From: Flavobacteriales bacterium
GTDB lineage: Bacteria; Bacteroidota; Bacteroidia; Palsa-965
Assembly: GCA_040377305.1 (NCBI GenBank)
Contig: JBEIPA010000017.1
Location: 1-64,000, forward strand
DNA: 64,000 bases
Direction: 5' to 3'
This document shows, in pieces, positions 10,200 through 19,860 of this stretch. How positions within the stretch are numbered: position 1 is the first letter of the stretch; the number at the start of each line of letters is the position of its first letter. A model generated the notes under the pieces. The model was given only the letters and a program-made list of their open reading frames with translations, did not search any database and was not told the origin of the DNA. The position numbers and the translations under genes are program-made.

Positions 10200-11590
10200 T
10201 CTGCTTCGACTTGCAGTGTACTCGCCACCTCCGCAAAATCCACTCCATCAAAATTTCCGCTTGTCATAAACAACAATACACTGTTGTTCCAGTTGCGGGT
10301 TTGGAATTCACTCATTAAGGCTGCCGAGTCATTGGAGACTTTGATATCAGGCCGCGCGAATGCTTCCCTCACCTGTTCTATCGTAATCGGCGGCAATTTC
10401 TTGTGTGCGATCGTGTGCGGATTGAAATAAACGTACGCTTCATCTGCAGCATCCATTGCTCCATTGTATTCTTTCAGGAATTCCGCGGTGAGTGAACTGA
10501 ATGTATGAAGCTCCATGCACGCCACCACTTTTCTATTGGGGAATTGTTGTTTTACCGCGGAAGTTGTTGCCTTCAGTTTCGATGGTGAATGCGCGAAATC
10601 CTTATAACAGTTGAATGTTCCGTTTTTCAGAACGAGCTCGAGTCTTCGTGCTGCACCTTTGAAAGACTGAATTGCTTCATCGAACTGATCATCGTTAACG
10701 CCCATCGCATTGCACACATAACGCGCGCCTGTGAGGTTCATGAGATTGTGATCGCCGAAAATCAACAATGGAATTTCGCGTCCATCGCTGATGAGATACG
10801 TTGTTCCGTCACGAATGACATGTTGTGGCACGCCGTAAGCGATTTTGCCAATATCATTTGTGTTCTTCTCCGCAATTTCGCGTAACACCGGATCCTGATC
10901 ACAATAGACCAATAAACCGGGCAGCGTGTCTCCATCATCGAGTGGTTGTTCTTCGATCAGATCAATGAACTTCGAGAACTGCTCCACATATATGTCGAAC
11001 GTCGGAAACACGTTGATGTGATCCCAGGCAATTCCGCTGAGTAAAGCAATGTGTGGACGATACAAATGAAATTTCGGACGACGATCAATAGGTGAAGCGA
11101 GATATTCATCTCCTTCGAGTACAATGAACTTTGCTTCGGGAGTCACACTCACCATCGTTTCGAATCCTGCGAGCTGCGCACCGACCATATAATCGGAATC
11201 AATGCCGCAATGTTTCAGCACATGAAGAACCATTGCCGTGATGGATGTTTTTCCGTGACTTCCTCCGATTACAACGCGCGTTTTGTCTTTACTCTGCTCG
11301 TAGAGATATTCCGGATATGAATAGATTCTCAATCCCAATTCGCGCGCACGGATCAACTCCGGATTGTCTTCACGTGCATGCATGCCGAGAATTACTTCGT
11401 GAATGGATTCATCAATCACTTCAGGTCTCCATCCCATTTTTTCAGGTAGAATTCCGTGTGATGCAAGGCGACTGCGTGATGGTTCGTTGATCTCGTCATC
11501 CGAGCCTGTAACGTGATGGCCTTTCAGTTTCATGCAGATAGCCATGTTGTGCATTGCGGAGCCGCCGATAGCGATGAAGTGGATTCTCAT
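10187..11590 (-). CDS. mpl: Mur ligase family, murein peptide ligase Mpl (MurC-like)
   Basis: MRIHFIAIGGSAMHN, GSHGKTS, EGDEY, DHINVF, DFAHSP. Start moved to ATG 11590, which directly follows a -7 promoter-like element. Confidence 0.85.
   Translation of the reverse strand: MRIHFIAIGGSAMHNMAICMKLKGHHVTGSDDEINEPSRSRLASHGILPEKMGWRPEVIDESIHEVILGMHAREDNPELIRARELGLRIYSYPEYLYEQSKDKTRVVIGGSHGKTSITAMVLHVLKHCGIDSDYMVGAQLAGFETMVSVTPEAKFIVLEGDEYLASPIDRRPKFHLYRPHIALLSGIAWDHINVFPTFDIYVEQFSKFIDLIEEQPLDDGDTLPGLLVYCDQDPVLREIAEKNTNDIGKIAYGVPQHVIRDGTTYLISDGREIPLLIFGDHNLMNLTGARYVCNAMGVNDDQFDEAIQSFKGAARRLELVLKNGTFNCYKDFAHSPSKLKATTSAVKQQFPNRKVVACMELHTFSSLTAEFLKEYNGAMDAADEAYVYFNPHTIAHKKLPPITIEQVREAFARPDIKVSNDSAALMSEFQTRNWNNSVLLFMTSGNFDGVDFAEVASTLQVEADHFS
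10215..10299. repeat. Direct repeat copy 2, the in-gene 3' end of mpl
   Basis: Matches 9596-9679. Confidence 0.95.
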
Positions 11591-11665
11591 GAGGCGAAAG
11601 TATGCCGCTGAGACGCTGAGACGCAGCATCTGTGGTCTATTTTATCAACTGGCAGTTGTGAAGGT

Positions 11666-12007
11666 TGGATGATGTTCCTCGACGCCTTCGGCGTCGGGAA
11701 GAAAAAAAAGGGGGAGGGGCGCGACGTGAGCTTACAAATATTTGATCCCTAGCGGGACCCTCGACGCAAGAATCAAATGGGCGAGTTGAAGGATCGAAAG
11801 CCGTGAAATACTCAAAACATAACACATCGATCCATGGCATTCACACCAAGTCGATCCTATATTTTGAAACCGCGCATAACATTGTCCGTTGTCATATATG
11901 AGGCGTCCATTTGTTTGATGGTCCCGTTAGGGACCAAATATTTGTACAAAAAAGCACACGCCCCCTCTCCCATTTTTTTGCGGCGCCGTAGGCGCCGCAA
12001 TCATCCA
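11666..12007. repeat. REPIN-like inverted pair of composite palindromic repeats
   Basis: Arms 11666-11759 and 11920-12007 are inverted. The cores 11733-11759 and 11920-11946 match 25/27, and each arm has two hairpins. Confidence 0.8.
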
Positions 12008-12112
12008 TCATTTCAACTTTATCCGTTTTTAAACGTTTGTAACCGGCTATATCAAAAATCAATTTCTACGTTTGTCGAATATTTTTCATTTAACCTTTAA
12101 TATGCAAGCATC

Positions 12113-12586
12113 ATGGCAAACACTTACGCAAAAATTTATTTCCACATCGTCTTCGCTGTTCGAAACAGACGATCTCTCATTCGAAAAGAATTTCAGGATG
12201 AGCTCTACAAATACATCACCGGTATTATTACAAACCGTGGCCAGAAACTGATTATCATCAACGGCTACCGGGATCACGTTCACATTCTGATCGGTTGCAA
12301 CACGTCTTTCAGATTGGACGAAACCGTCAAAGAAATCAAGGAACATTCTTCCAAATGGATCAATGAAAAACGTTTTGTATCAGGAAAATTTAACTGGCAA
12401 GCAGGTTACGGTGCATTCACTGTGGCAGAACCCAACTTCCAGATCATTTACAATTACATCGCGAAGCAAGAAGAACATCACTCGAAGAAAAAATTCGTTG
12501 ATGAATATGTTGAACTCCTGAAAACGCAAAACATTGATTTCGACCCTCGATACATTTTCAAGGATCCGCATGAGACGGAAGAATAA
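12113..12586 (+). mobile_element. tnpA: IS200/IS605-superfamily HUH (Y1) transposase, probably REP-associated (RAYT-like); no tnpB
   Basis: HIVFAV, HUH motif DHVHIL, WQAGYGAF and the catalytic helix YIAKQEEHH. Confidence 0.9.
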
Positions 12587-12713
12587 AAGCATCGAACACC
12601 TAAAAGTCCGTTTCTAGACTGAAAAATGGATCAAAATTGACCCGATTGCCTCGGCAGTCCTTCTCCAAACGCACCACAATTCCTATATTCGTATCACTCT
12701 TCAACCTCTCTTT

Positions 12714-13376
12714 ATGCGTGCATTATCGATTATTGGAATTGTAATGAGCCTCGGCGGAATCCTGAGCGCAATTGTTGTAATGACAGAAACCCGTTGTTAC
12801 TGTTATTGCGACGATAGTTATTTGTGGGATAGCGGAAGTTCCGTTCCCGATGAAGCAGTTGGCGGTGGAGTTGTCATGCTCCTGATCAGCGTTTTCTTTT
12901 TGATTTTCTCGATCATCTCCACTGTAGTAAGTTTTGGTAAAAAAGAACTGCCGGCTACAACAACCGGTCCCGTTAACGCTCCATTCACAACTTACCCGCC
13001 ATTCCAGCCGCCGGCATACGGAAATCCAGGACAGAATCCATACACGCAACAGTACAACAATCCGCTGCAACCTCCACAGCAAAATAATCCGTACCAAAAT
13101 CCGCCGCAGAATAATCCGTATCAGAATCCGCCACAGAATAATCCGTACCAGACTCCACCACAGAATAATCCTTATCAGAATCCGAGTGCGCCGAAGAATC
13201 CGTATGTGAATCCGAACACTAATCCGTATCAGACTCCACCTCCACCGCAGAATAATCCGTATGTAAATCCGAACGCGCCAAAGAACCCTTATACGAATCC
13301 TGAGCCGCCAAAGAATCCGACGAATCCGTATTCTCCACCTACACCGCCAACACCGCCGGAACCACCGAAGGAGTAG
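12714..13376 (+). CDS. Two-TM membrane protein with a P/Q/N/Y low-complexity tail
   Basis: Two hydrophobic helices, a CYCYC loop, then many NPY repeats (27-bp units, PPQNNPYQN). Confidence 0.75.
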   Translation: MRALSIIGIVMSLGGILSAIVVMTETRCYCYCDDSYLWDSGSSVPDEAVGGGVVMLLISVFFLIFSIISTVVSFGKKELPATTTGPVNAPFTTYPPFQPPAYGNPGQNPYTQQYNNPLQPPQQNNPYQNPPQNNPYQNPPQNNPYQTPPQNNPYQNPSAPKNPYVNPNTNPYQTPPPPQNNPYVNPNAPKNPYTNPEPPKNPTNPYSPPTPPTPPEPPKE

Positions 13377-13420
13377 GCAGTCTGGCAGTGGTGCAGTTGG
13401 CAGTCAAGTAAGACACGCTT

Positions 13421-14260
13421 ATGAAATTACACACGATAGATACCGGCTTCTTCAAACTCGACGGAGGAGCTATGCATGGAGTTGTTCCCAAAAGTTTGTG
13501 GAGCAAGAAAAATCCTGCTGACGAAAACAACATGTGCTCCTGGGCTATGCGTTGTTTGCTTGTTGAAGATGGTGATCGTCTTATTCTCATCGACAATGGC
13601 ATGGGAACAAAACAGGATGCGAAGTTTTTCGGCTATTACTTTTTGCACGGAGATGCTTCACTGGAAAAATCGTTACGCGCGAAAGGATTCGACTATTCTG
13701 ATATAACCGATGTATTTCTCACGCACCTGCACTTCGATCACTGCGGCGGAAGTATCTCGAAAAAAGACGATAAGCTCTTCACGACATTTCCGAATGCTTC
13801 CTACTGGAGCAATGAACAACATTGGGAATGGGCAACGAAACCAAATGCACGCGAGAAAGCCAGTTTCCTGAAAGAAAATATTCTACCCATTCAGGAAAGC
13901 GGACAACTAAAATTTTTCAAAGAAAACGACGAGCTCATTCCCGGATTCAAAGCGTGGTTCACATACGGACACACAGGAGCAATGATGCTGCCCCATATAC
14001 AGTACAAAGGAAAAACGGTTGTGTTTCTTGCTGATCTTATGCCTTCATCGGCACACATTCCTTTGCCGTGGATTATGGCGTACGATACACAACCACTTCT
14101 AACGTTGAGCGAAAAAGAACAATTTCTTCCGCTTGCCGCGAAGGACAATTTTGTGCTGTTCTTCGAACATGATGGTCAGAACGAGTGTGCGACTGTTGAA
14201 GCCACCGAACGTGGTATTGTATTGAAAGAAACATTTTCACTGGATCAGTTTTTCGGGTAG
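13421..14260 (+). CDS. MBL-fold metallo-hydrolase (YtnP-like)
   Basis: LDGGAMHGVVPK, THLHFDHCGG, GHT and FEHD. Confidence 0.9.
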   Translation: MKLHTIDTGFFKLDGGAMHGVVPKSLWSKKNPADENNMCSWAMRCLLVEDGDRLILIDNGMGTKQDAKFFGYYFLHGDASLEKSLRAKGFDYSDITDVFLTHLHFDHCGGSISKKDDKLFTTFPNASYWSNEQHWEWATKPNAREKASFLKENILPIQESGQLKFFKENDELIPGFKAWFTYGHTGAMMLPHIQYKGKTVVFLADLMPSSAHIPLPWIMAYDTQPLLTLSEKEQFLPLAAKDNFVLFFEHDGQNECATVEATERGIVLKETFSLDQFFG

Positions 14261-14357
14261 ATTTTGTCAGTTTAGGAGAGAAACCACGCGACAACCTGAC
14301 AATTCTCAGTGGAACTCCCGAACTGAAACGCCTAACTTTAAGTCATAAATCCGCGTT

Positions 14358-15527
14358 ATGAAGAAATTAATTGCAATCGCATGTATTGTCTGTGCAACAC
14401 TAAGTTCACAGGCGTCTGAGTTCATCAATTTCTCCGAAGCGAAATGGAGTGACGTCACCAAACAGGCATTGACCGAGAAAAAATATGTGTTTCTCGATTG
14501 TTATACCGATTGGTGTTACTGGTGTAAGGTGATGGACAAAGAAGCTTTCAAAGACACGACAGTCACCAACTTCATCAACACCAATTTCATTCCTACGAAG
14601 CGTGAAATGGAAAAAGATGAAGAAGGCATTGCACTGACAATGAAATATCACATCAACGGCTTTCCGACCTATTGCATTTTTTCTCCGGAGGGAAATCTCG
14701 TTCACAAAATTGTGGGTTACAGAACTGCACCTGAATTTCTGGAAGAACTGAAAACAGCGTTGACGAAAAAAACTTCATTGGTTGCCGGATTCAGCACACA
14801 GATTGATCCAGGATTTCCGGCGTTTTACAAAGAGTCATTTGGTACCAGCAAGAAACGCAAGATGCCGGATACGAAAACAGTCACTGATTTTCTGGACACG
14901 CAGAAAGATCTTTTCTCTGAAGTTTCCTGGGCCGTGATGTGGCGCTTCAAACTCAATGAGAAGTATGAGAATTGGATTCTTGAAAACAGAGCGAAGCTTT
15001 TCGAATTGTACAGTGCTGATGAAGTAGAAGGAAAAATGATTGGAATCTTTTCGGCGCGCAATACCGCTGCGGCTGAGAAAAAAGACGAAGCAGCATTCAA
15101 AGACAACCTTGCTAAGATGCAGCAATATCTTCCCGATGCATCGAAGAGCGGATACACGTTCATGATGTCGCAATCCTACTACCGGAAATCCGGAAACTGG
15201 AAAGCATATACTGACCTGACTCAGGCGTATCTCGATACATGCAGTACAAACACAGATGGATTCACGAACAGTTGCGCCTGGACTATCTACGAAGAATCGG
15301 ATGACAAGTACACCATTGAAAAGGCCGCGTCGTGGATGGAAAAACTTTGCGCACGCACCGACGAGTATGCGTATGAAGACACCTATGCTTCTATTCTATT
15401 CAAGAAAGGTGACTACAAGAAAGCCGAAGAAGTTGCGCTGCACGCCATTGAATTAGGAAAAGCAGCCGGTGAAGACGTTTCCGGAACAGATGCTTTGCTT
15501 GCGAATATCCGTATGAAGATTAAATAA
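14358..15527 (+). CDS. Exported thioredoxin-family protein with a helical/TPR C-terminus
   Basis: Signal peptide, WCYWC active site, GFPT cis-Pro loop and a DTYA TPR-like end. Confidence 0.85.
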   Translation: MKKLIAIACIVCATLSSQASEFINFSEAKWSDVTKQALTEKKYVFLDCYTDWCYWCKVMDKEAFKDTTVTNFINTNFIPTKREMEKDEEGIALTMKYHINGFPTYCIFSPEGNLVHKIVGYRTAPEFLEELKTALTKKTSLVAGFSTQIDPGFPAFYKESFGTSKKRKMPDTKTVTDFLDTQKDLFSEVSWAVMWRFKLNEKYENWILENRAKLFELYSADEVEGKMIGIFSARNTAAAEKKDEAAFKDNLAKMQQYLPDASKSGYTFMMSQSYYRKSGNWKAYTDLTQAYLDTCSTNTDGFTNSCAWTIYEESDDKYTIEKAASWMEKLCARTDEYAYEDTYASILFKKGDYKKAEEVALHAIELGKAAGEDVSGTDALLANIRMKIK

Positions 15528-15531
15528 GCTC

Positions 15532-16428
15532 ATGGATAATTTAGCGAGAGAAGAGCTCGTATTTATTATTTCGACACCGCTGTACGCTGTAATCATTATT
15601 GCAGAAATCGTATTCAGCTACATTCATAATAAGCACTACTATACGACGCGCGGTACGCTGATGAACATCTGGCTTTCTGCGCTCAATTTTTCCCTTGATT
15701 TTATTCTGCGCGGTTTCGTCCTCATTTTTCTTGGCTACTTCTATGCAATGCGTTTTGTCGCAATCGAAAATCCCTGGCTTTATTGGGGCACTTTACTCAT
15801 TGTGGAAGACTTCATGTTCTACTGGCTGCATCGCGTCGATCACTACTGTCGTTTGTTCTGGGCCGTGCACGTAACACATCATTCCAGTGAAGAGTTCAAC
15901 CTTACGGTCGGTTTCCGTTCTTCGGTATTTCAGCCTTTGTATCGGTTCATGTGGTTTATTCCATTACCACTACTTGGATTCCGCGCAGAAGATATCATGC
16001 TCATGTATGCCATCACGCAGATATACGGGATACTCATTCACACGCAGTACATCAAGAAGCTGGGAATAATGGAGTGGTTCATGTCAACACCTTCACACCA
16101 TCGGGTACATCACGCATCAAACATAAAGTACCTTGATAAAAACATGGGAATGGTTTTCATTTTCTGGGACCGTATGTTCGGCACGTTTCAGGCGGAAGAA
16201 GAGAATGAACCGGTGAAATACGGACTCACGACGAATCTCGACAAACCGTATCACCCATTGAAAACGGTACTGCACGAATGGATGCACATTGCGCGCGATG
16301 TTTTCAGGCCAGTTTCTCTCAAGGCAAAATTCATGTACGTGTTCGGTCCTCCAGGATGGAGCCACGACGGCAGCACCAAAACTGCACGTCAGCTGCGTGA
16401 TGAATTAAACCGAAAGCAGAAGGATTAA
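15532..16428 (+). CDS. Sterol desaturase/fatty-acid hydroxylase family protein (alkylglycerol monooxygenase-like)
   Basis: His boxes HRVDH, HVTHH and HHRVHH. Confidence 0.88.
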   Translation: MDNLAREELVFIISTPLYAVIIIAEIVFSYIHNKHYYTTRGTLMNIWLSALNFSLDFILRGFVLIFLGYFYAMRFVAIENPWLYWGTLLIVEDFMFYWLHRVDHYCRLFWAVHVTHHSSEEFNLTVGFRSSVFQPLYRFMWFIPLPLLGFRAEDIMLMYAITQIYGILIHTQYIKKLGIMEWFMSTPSHHRVHHASNIKYLDKNMGMVFIFWDRMFGTFQAEEENEPVKYGLTTNLDKPYHPLKTVLHEWMHIARDVFRPVSLKAKFMYVFGPPGWSHDGSTKTARQLRDELNRKQKD

Positions 16429-16565
16429 GTTCTTCCACTGCAGCAATACATCCACTTCTCACTTTTCTCCGTACATGATTGTGCATTGAAATGTCGGTCA
16501 ACACCGATCATTTGCACCCAATTGTGCTGAATATCCCTCGTTTTGGCCAAATTTCAGCGCTCTTG

Positions 16566-16601
16566 TTTTGTTTAATCTTTTCGTACATTTGTTAAACAAA
16601 A
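16566..16601 (+). promoter_or_regulatory. Promoter and candidate operator of the carotenoid operon
   Basis: -7 element TACATTTG (16584-16591) lies inside the inverted repeat TTTTGTTTAA-N16-TTAAACAAAA. Confidence 0.65.
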
Positions 16602-17485
16602 TGAAATACGAAATAAACGACATTGAGCGCCTTACAGGCATTAAGGCTCATACACTCCGCATCTGGGAGAAGCGATACAGTCTTGTAGCGCCACATCGCA
16701 CGCAAACGAACATCAGATTCTACGACGACGCACAGGCGAAGAAGCTTATGAATGTTTGCACGCTTGTGAATGCGGGCAAGAAAATATCCAAGATTGCCAA
16801 GTTGTCGGACCGGGATATCGACGCGGAAGTTTATCTGCTTCAGATTTCAGGATCAGAACAAAACGTATCTGCGGCGATGATACTCCAGTTGACCACTGCG
16901 ATGCTGGACTTTGATCAAGACAAGTTTGAAACACTGCTCGACAAAGTCATTGATCGCTTCGGGGTGCGGGATGGAATTGTGAAAGTCATCTATCCGTTTC
17001 TGGAGAATGTAGGTGTGTTGTGGAGCACGAATGAATCAATGCCTGCTCAGGAACACTTTGCTTCGTGTCTGATCAGAAATAAACTGATCGTTGAAACAGA
17101 AAAGCTTCCGAAGAACGACGACGCAAAAAAGGTAGTGTTACTCTTCCTTCCTCCGAATGAGTACCATGAGATTGGATTGCTGCTTACCAACTACATGGTA
17201 CGCAGTATGCAGATGAAGACAATCTACCTCGGAGCCGCTGTTCCGTTTGAAAATGTGATTACAACTTGCGAACGCTTGCACCCAACGCATTTGGTTTCTT
17301 TTTTCATCATGCACAAAAAGAGAATGGATATACCGGCTGAGTTTGCAGCACTTTCCAAACAAATTGACAACAAACCCATGATCATTTGTGGAAGACAGGA
17401 AATGCTTTCACAACTCTCAAGCCGGACCAACGTTCATACTGCTGAAAGCATTGATACGCTTGTGCAACACTTAACCACAACATAG
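16601..17485 (+). CDS. MerR-HTH plus cobalamin-binding regulator (CarH/LitR-like)
   Basis: IKAHTLRIWEKRY MerR HTH, W-x9-EH (WSTNESMPAQEH) and EYHEIG B12 motifs; first gene of the crt cluster. Confidence 0.85.
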   Translation: MKYEINDIERLTGIKAHTLRIWEKRYSLVAPHRTQTNIRFYDDAQAKKLMNVCTLVNAGKKISKIAKLSDRDIDAEVYLLQISGSEQNVSAAMILQLTTAMLDFDQDKFETLLDKVIDRFGVRDGIVKVIYPFLENVGVLWSTNESMPAQEHFASCLIRNKLIVETEKLPKNDDAKKVVLLFLPPNEYHEIGLLLTNYMVRSMQMKTIYLGAAVPFENVITTCERLHPTHLVSFFIMHKKRMDIPAEFAALSKQIDNKPMIICGRQEMLSQLSSRTNVHTAESIDTLVQHLTTT

Positions 17486-17488
17486 CGA

Positions 17489-18985
17489 ATGGCGAATATA
17501 GGGGTGATAGGAAGTGGTTTTGCGGGCTTGTCGGCTGCATGCTTCTCTGCAAAACAGGGTCATGCTGTTCATGTGTTTGAGAAGAACGATACGATTGGAG
17601 GTCGCGCGCGATTCTACGAACACAACGGTTTTGGATTCGACATGGGTCCGAGTTGGTATTGGATGCCTGATGTATTTGAACGATTCTTTTCTTCCTTCGG
17701 TCATCATCCATCAGACTTTTACAACCTGGTGAAACTGGATCCCGGTTTCAGAATATTCTTTGGAACCGATGACAAACTCGATGTACCAGCGAACGTCGAT
17801 GATCTTTATGAAGTTTTTGAATCCATTGAAGCAGGCAGTTCTAAACGACTACGCCAATTTCTGGCTGATGCAAAATTCAAATACAGCACCGGCATGCAGC
17901 AGCTTGTATACAAACCTGCAGATTCCTGGATGGAGTATGCAAATTGGGATGTACTCAAAGGAGTTGCAGGTAGTCATTTGTTTAAGAGCGTGCGCTCCCA
18001 TGTACGCTCCTACTTCAAAGATCCACGACTGGTTGCATTGATGGAATTTCCGGTACTTTTTCTGGGTGCGATGCCCAAGCAAATTCCGGCTTTGTATACG
18101 CTTATGAACTATGCTGCATTGGAACTCGGCACGTGGTATCCCATGGGTGGAATGCATAAGATCATAGAAGGCATGAGTACTGTTGCCAATGAACTTGGAG
18201 TTAACTTCCATTGCAACACAAATGTCTCATCGATTTCCGTCTCGGATAATATTGCGAACGGTCTTTATGCCAACGATCGAAAATATTTTCTGGATGGAAT
18301 CATTGCGAGTTGCGATTATCACCACGCGGAAACGAAGCTACTCAGTGCAGAACACTCCAACTACCCGGAAAAATATTGGGACGACAAAGTGTTTGCTCCA
18401 TCCTGTCTGATTTTCTATTTAGGAGTGAACAAGAAAATTGATGGTCTGATACATCACAATCTATTCTTCGATACAGATTTCGATGCACATGCAGATGCGA
18501 TTTACAAAAATCCGGAATGGCCGGAGAATCCACTCTTCTACGTGTGCTGTCCTTCAAAAACAGATCCTGGTGTTGCGCCGTTAGGAAGTGAAAATCTGTT
18601 TGTCCTGATGCCCGTCGCAACGAGGCTGAAAGACAGTCCTGAAACCCGGGAGCACTATTACCACGTTCTGATTCAGCGTCTGGAAAAAAACACCGGAGTC
18701 AATATCAGCGACCACGTTACTTACCGTCGTGATTATTGTATTGATGATTTCACCCGCGATTACAACGCATACGGAGGAAATGCTTATGGTCTGGCGAACA
18801 CACTAAGACAAACCGCAGTACTGAAACCAAAAATGCGCAACAAGAAAATATCCAATATGTTTTATGCCGGACAACTCACAGTTCCGGGCCCGGGAATTCC
18901 GCCTGCACTGATCTCGGGAGAAATTGCGGCACAACAACTACATCGTACCCTATTCACACACACTACGCATGAAAGAGCTATTTGA
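17489..18985 (+). CDS. crtI: Phytoene desaturase
   Basis: GSGFAGL FAD motif, FDMGPSWYWMP and GQLTVPGPGIPPALISG. Confidence 0.93.
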   Translation: MANIGVIGSGFAGLSAACFSAKQGHAVHVFEKNDTIGGRARFYEHNGFGFDMGPSWYWMPDVFERFFSSFGHHPSDFYNLVKLDPGFRIFFGTDDKLDVPANVDDLYEVFESIEAGSSKRLRQFLADAKFKYSTGMQQLVYKPADSWMEYANWDVLKGVAGSHLFKSVRSHVRSYFKDPRLVALMEFPVLFLGAMPKQIPALYTLMNYAALELGTWYPMGGMHKIIEGMSTVANELGVNFHCNTNVSSISVSDNIANGLYANDRKYFLDGIIASCDYHHAETKLLSAEHSNYPEKYWDDKVFAPSCLIFYLGVNKKIDGLIHHNLFFDTDFDAHADAIYKNPEWPENPLFYVCCPSKTDPGVAPLGSENLFVLMPVATRLKDSPETREHYYHVLIQRLEKNTGVNISDHVTYRRDYCIDDFTRDYNAYGGNAYGLANTLRQTAVLKPKMRNKKISNMFYAGQLTVPGPGIPPALISGEIAAQQLHRTLFTHTTHERAI

Positions 18986-19805
18986 TAAAGTATCTGCCCA
19001 CACCAGCAGATACACTACGCGGAAGTACAGCACAAGTTTTTCTCTGGGCATTTACTGTCTGAACAAACGTCTGCATGAGTCGATCTACAACATCTATGGG
19101 TTTGTGCGATTTGCGGATGAGATCGTAGATACATTTCTGGATTTTGATCGTGCAGAATTGCTGAATGAATTCCGTGAGGAAACGTGGAAGGCTATTGACC
19201 GGAAAATCAGCCTGAATCCCATTCTCAATAGCTTTCAGAAAACGGTGAATGAGTATGGCATTGATCGCGATCTCATTGAGTGCTTTCTTAGAAGTATGGA
19301 AATGGATCTCTCCAAGAGCACGCACTCCGGAGATTCATACAAAGAATACATTCTGGGTTCAGCTGAAGTTGTTGGCTTGATGTGTCTGCGCGTATTTACA
19401 GAAGGCGACCGGAAAATGTATGTCGAACTGAAGCCTGCCGCTATGCAGCTGGGAGCGGCTTTTCAAAAGGTGAATTTTCTGCGGGACATGCATGCCGATT
19501 TTCTCTCGCTCGGCCGGGTGTATTTTCCAAACCTGAAAGTGAATGAATTCAACGCGGAGTCGAAGCGGGAAATAGAAAGAGACATTGAGGAGAATTTCCG
19601 TTTAGCTTTAGAGGGCATCAGAAAGTTGCCTGCAAGCTCGAGGCTGGGTGTGTACGTTGCTTATGTATACTATAATCGCCTTTTCAAAGCGATAAAAAAC
19701 ATTGAGCCGCAGCAAGTCATGAAATCACGCATTCGGATTCCAAACCATGTAAAAATGGGACTGCTTGCAACGTCGGTCGTACGACATAGTATGCGAATGA
19801 TCTGA
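18969..19805 (+). CDS. crtB: Phytoene synthase
   Basis: YSTSFSLG, RFADEIVD, FQKVNFLRD. Start at MKELFD overlaps the end of crtI. Confidence 0.92.
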   Translation: MKELFDKVSAHTSRYTTRKYSTSFSLGIYCLNKRLHESIYNIYGFVRFADEIVDTFLDFDRAELLNEFREETWKAIDRKISLNPILNSFQKTVNEYGIDRDLIECFLRSMEMDLSKSTHSGDSYKEYILGSAEVVGLMCLRVFTEGDRKMYVELKPAAMQLGAAFQKVNFLRDMHADFLSLGRVYFPNLKVNEFNAESKREIERDIEENFRLALEGIRKLPASSRLGVYVAYVYYNRLFKAIKNIEPQQVMKSRIRIPNHVKMGLLATSVVRHSMRMI

Positions 19806-19860
19806 CCTTTGCGCAAAACAAGCTATATTTCAGAAGTAAACGAATAACAAACACACCCCA

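Noticed and set aside
9596-10299. The 84-bp repeat pair as a DGR template/variable repeat or an integron cassette
   Set aside because: There are only two synonymous substitutions, no reverse transcriptase or integron integrase in the window, and no attC-like structure.
11637-12100. ORFs 11637-11840(-) and 11834-12100(+) with poly-Arg stretches
   Set aside because: They are translations of the GC-rich palindromes of the REPIN-like element and have no protein-like composition.
12113-12713. Complete IS605 or OMEGA element with TnpB/IscB
   Set aside because: No RuvC-type ORF follows tnpA and no right-end hairpin was found.
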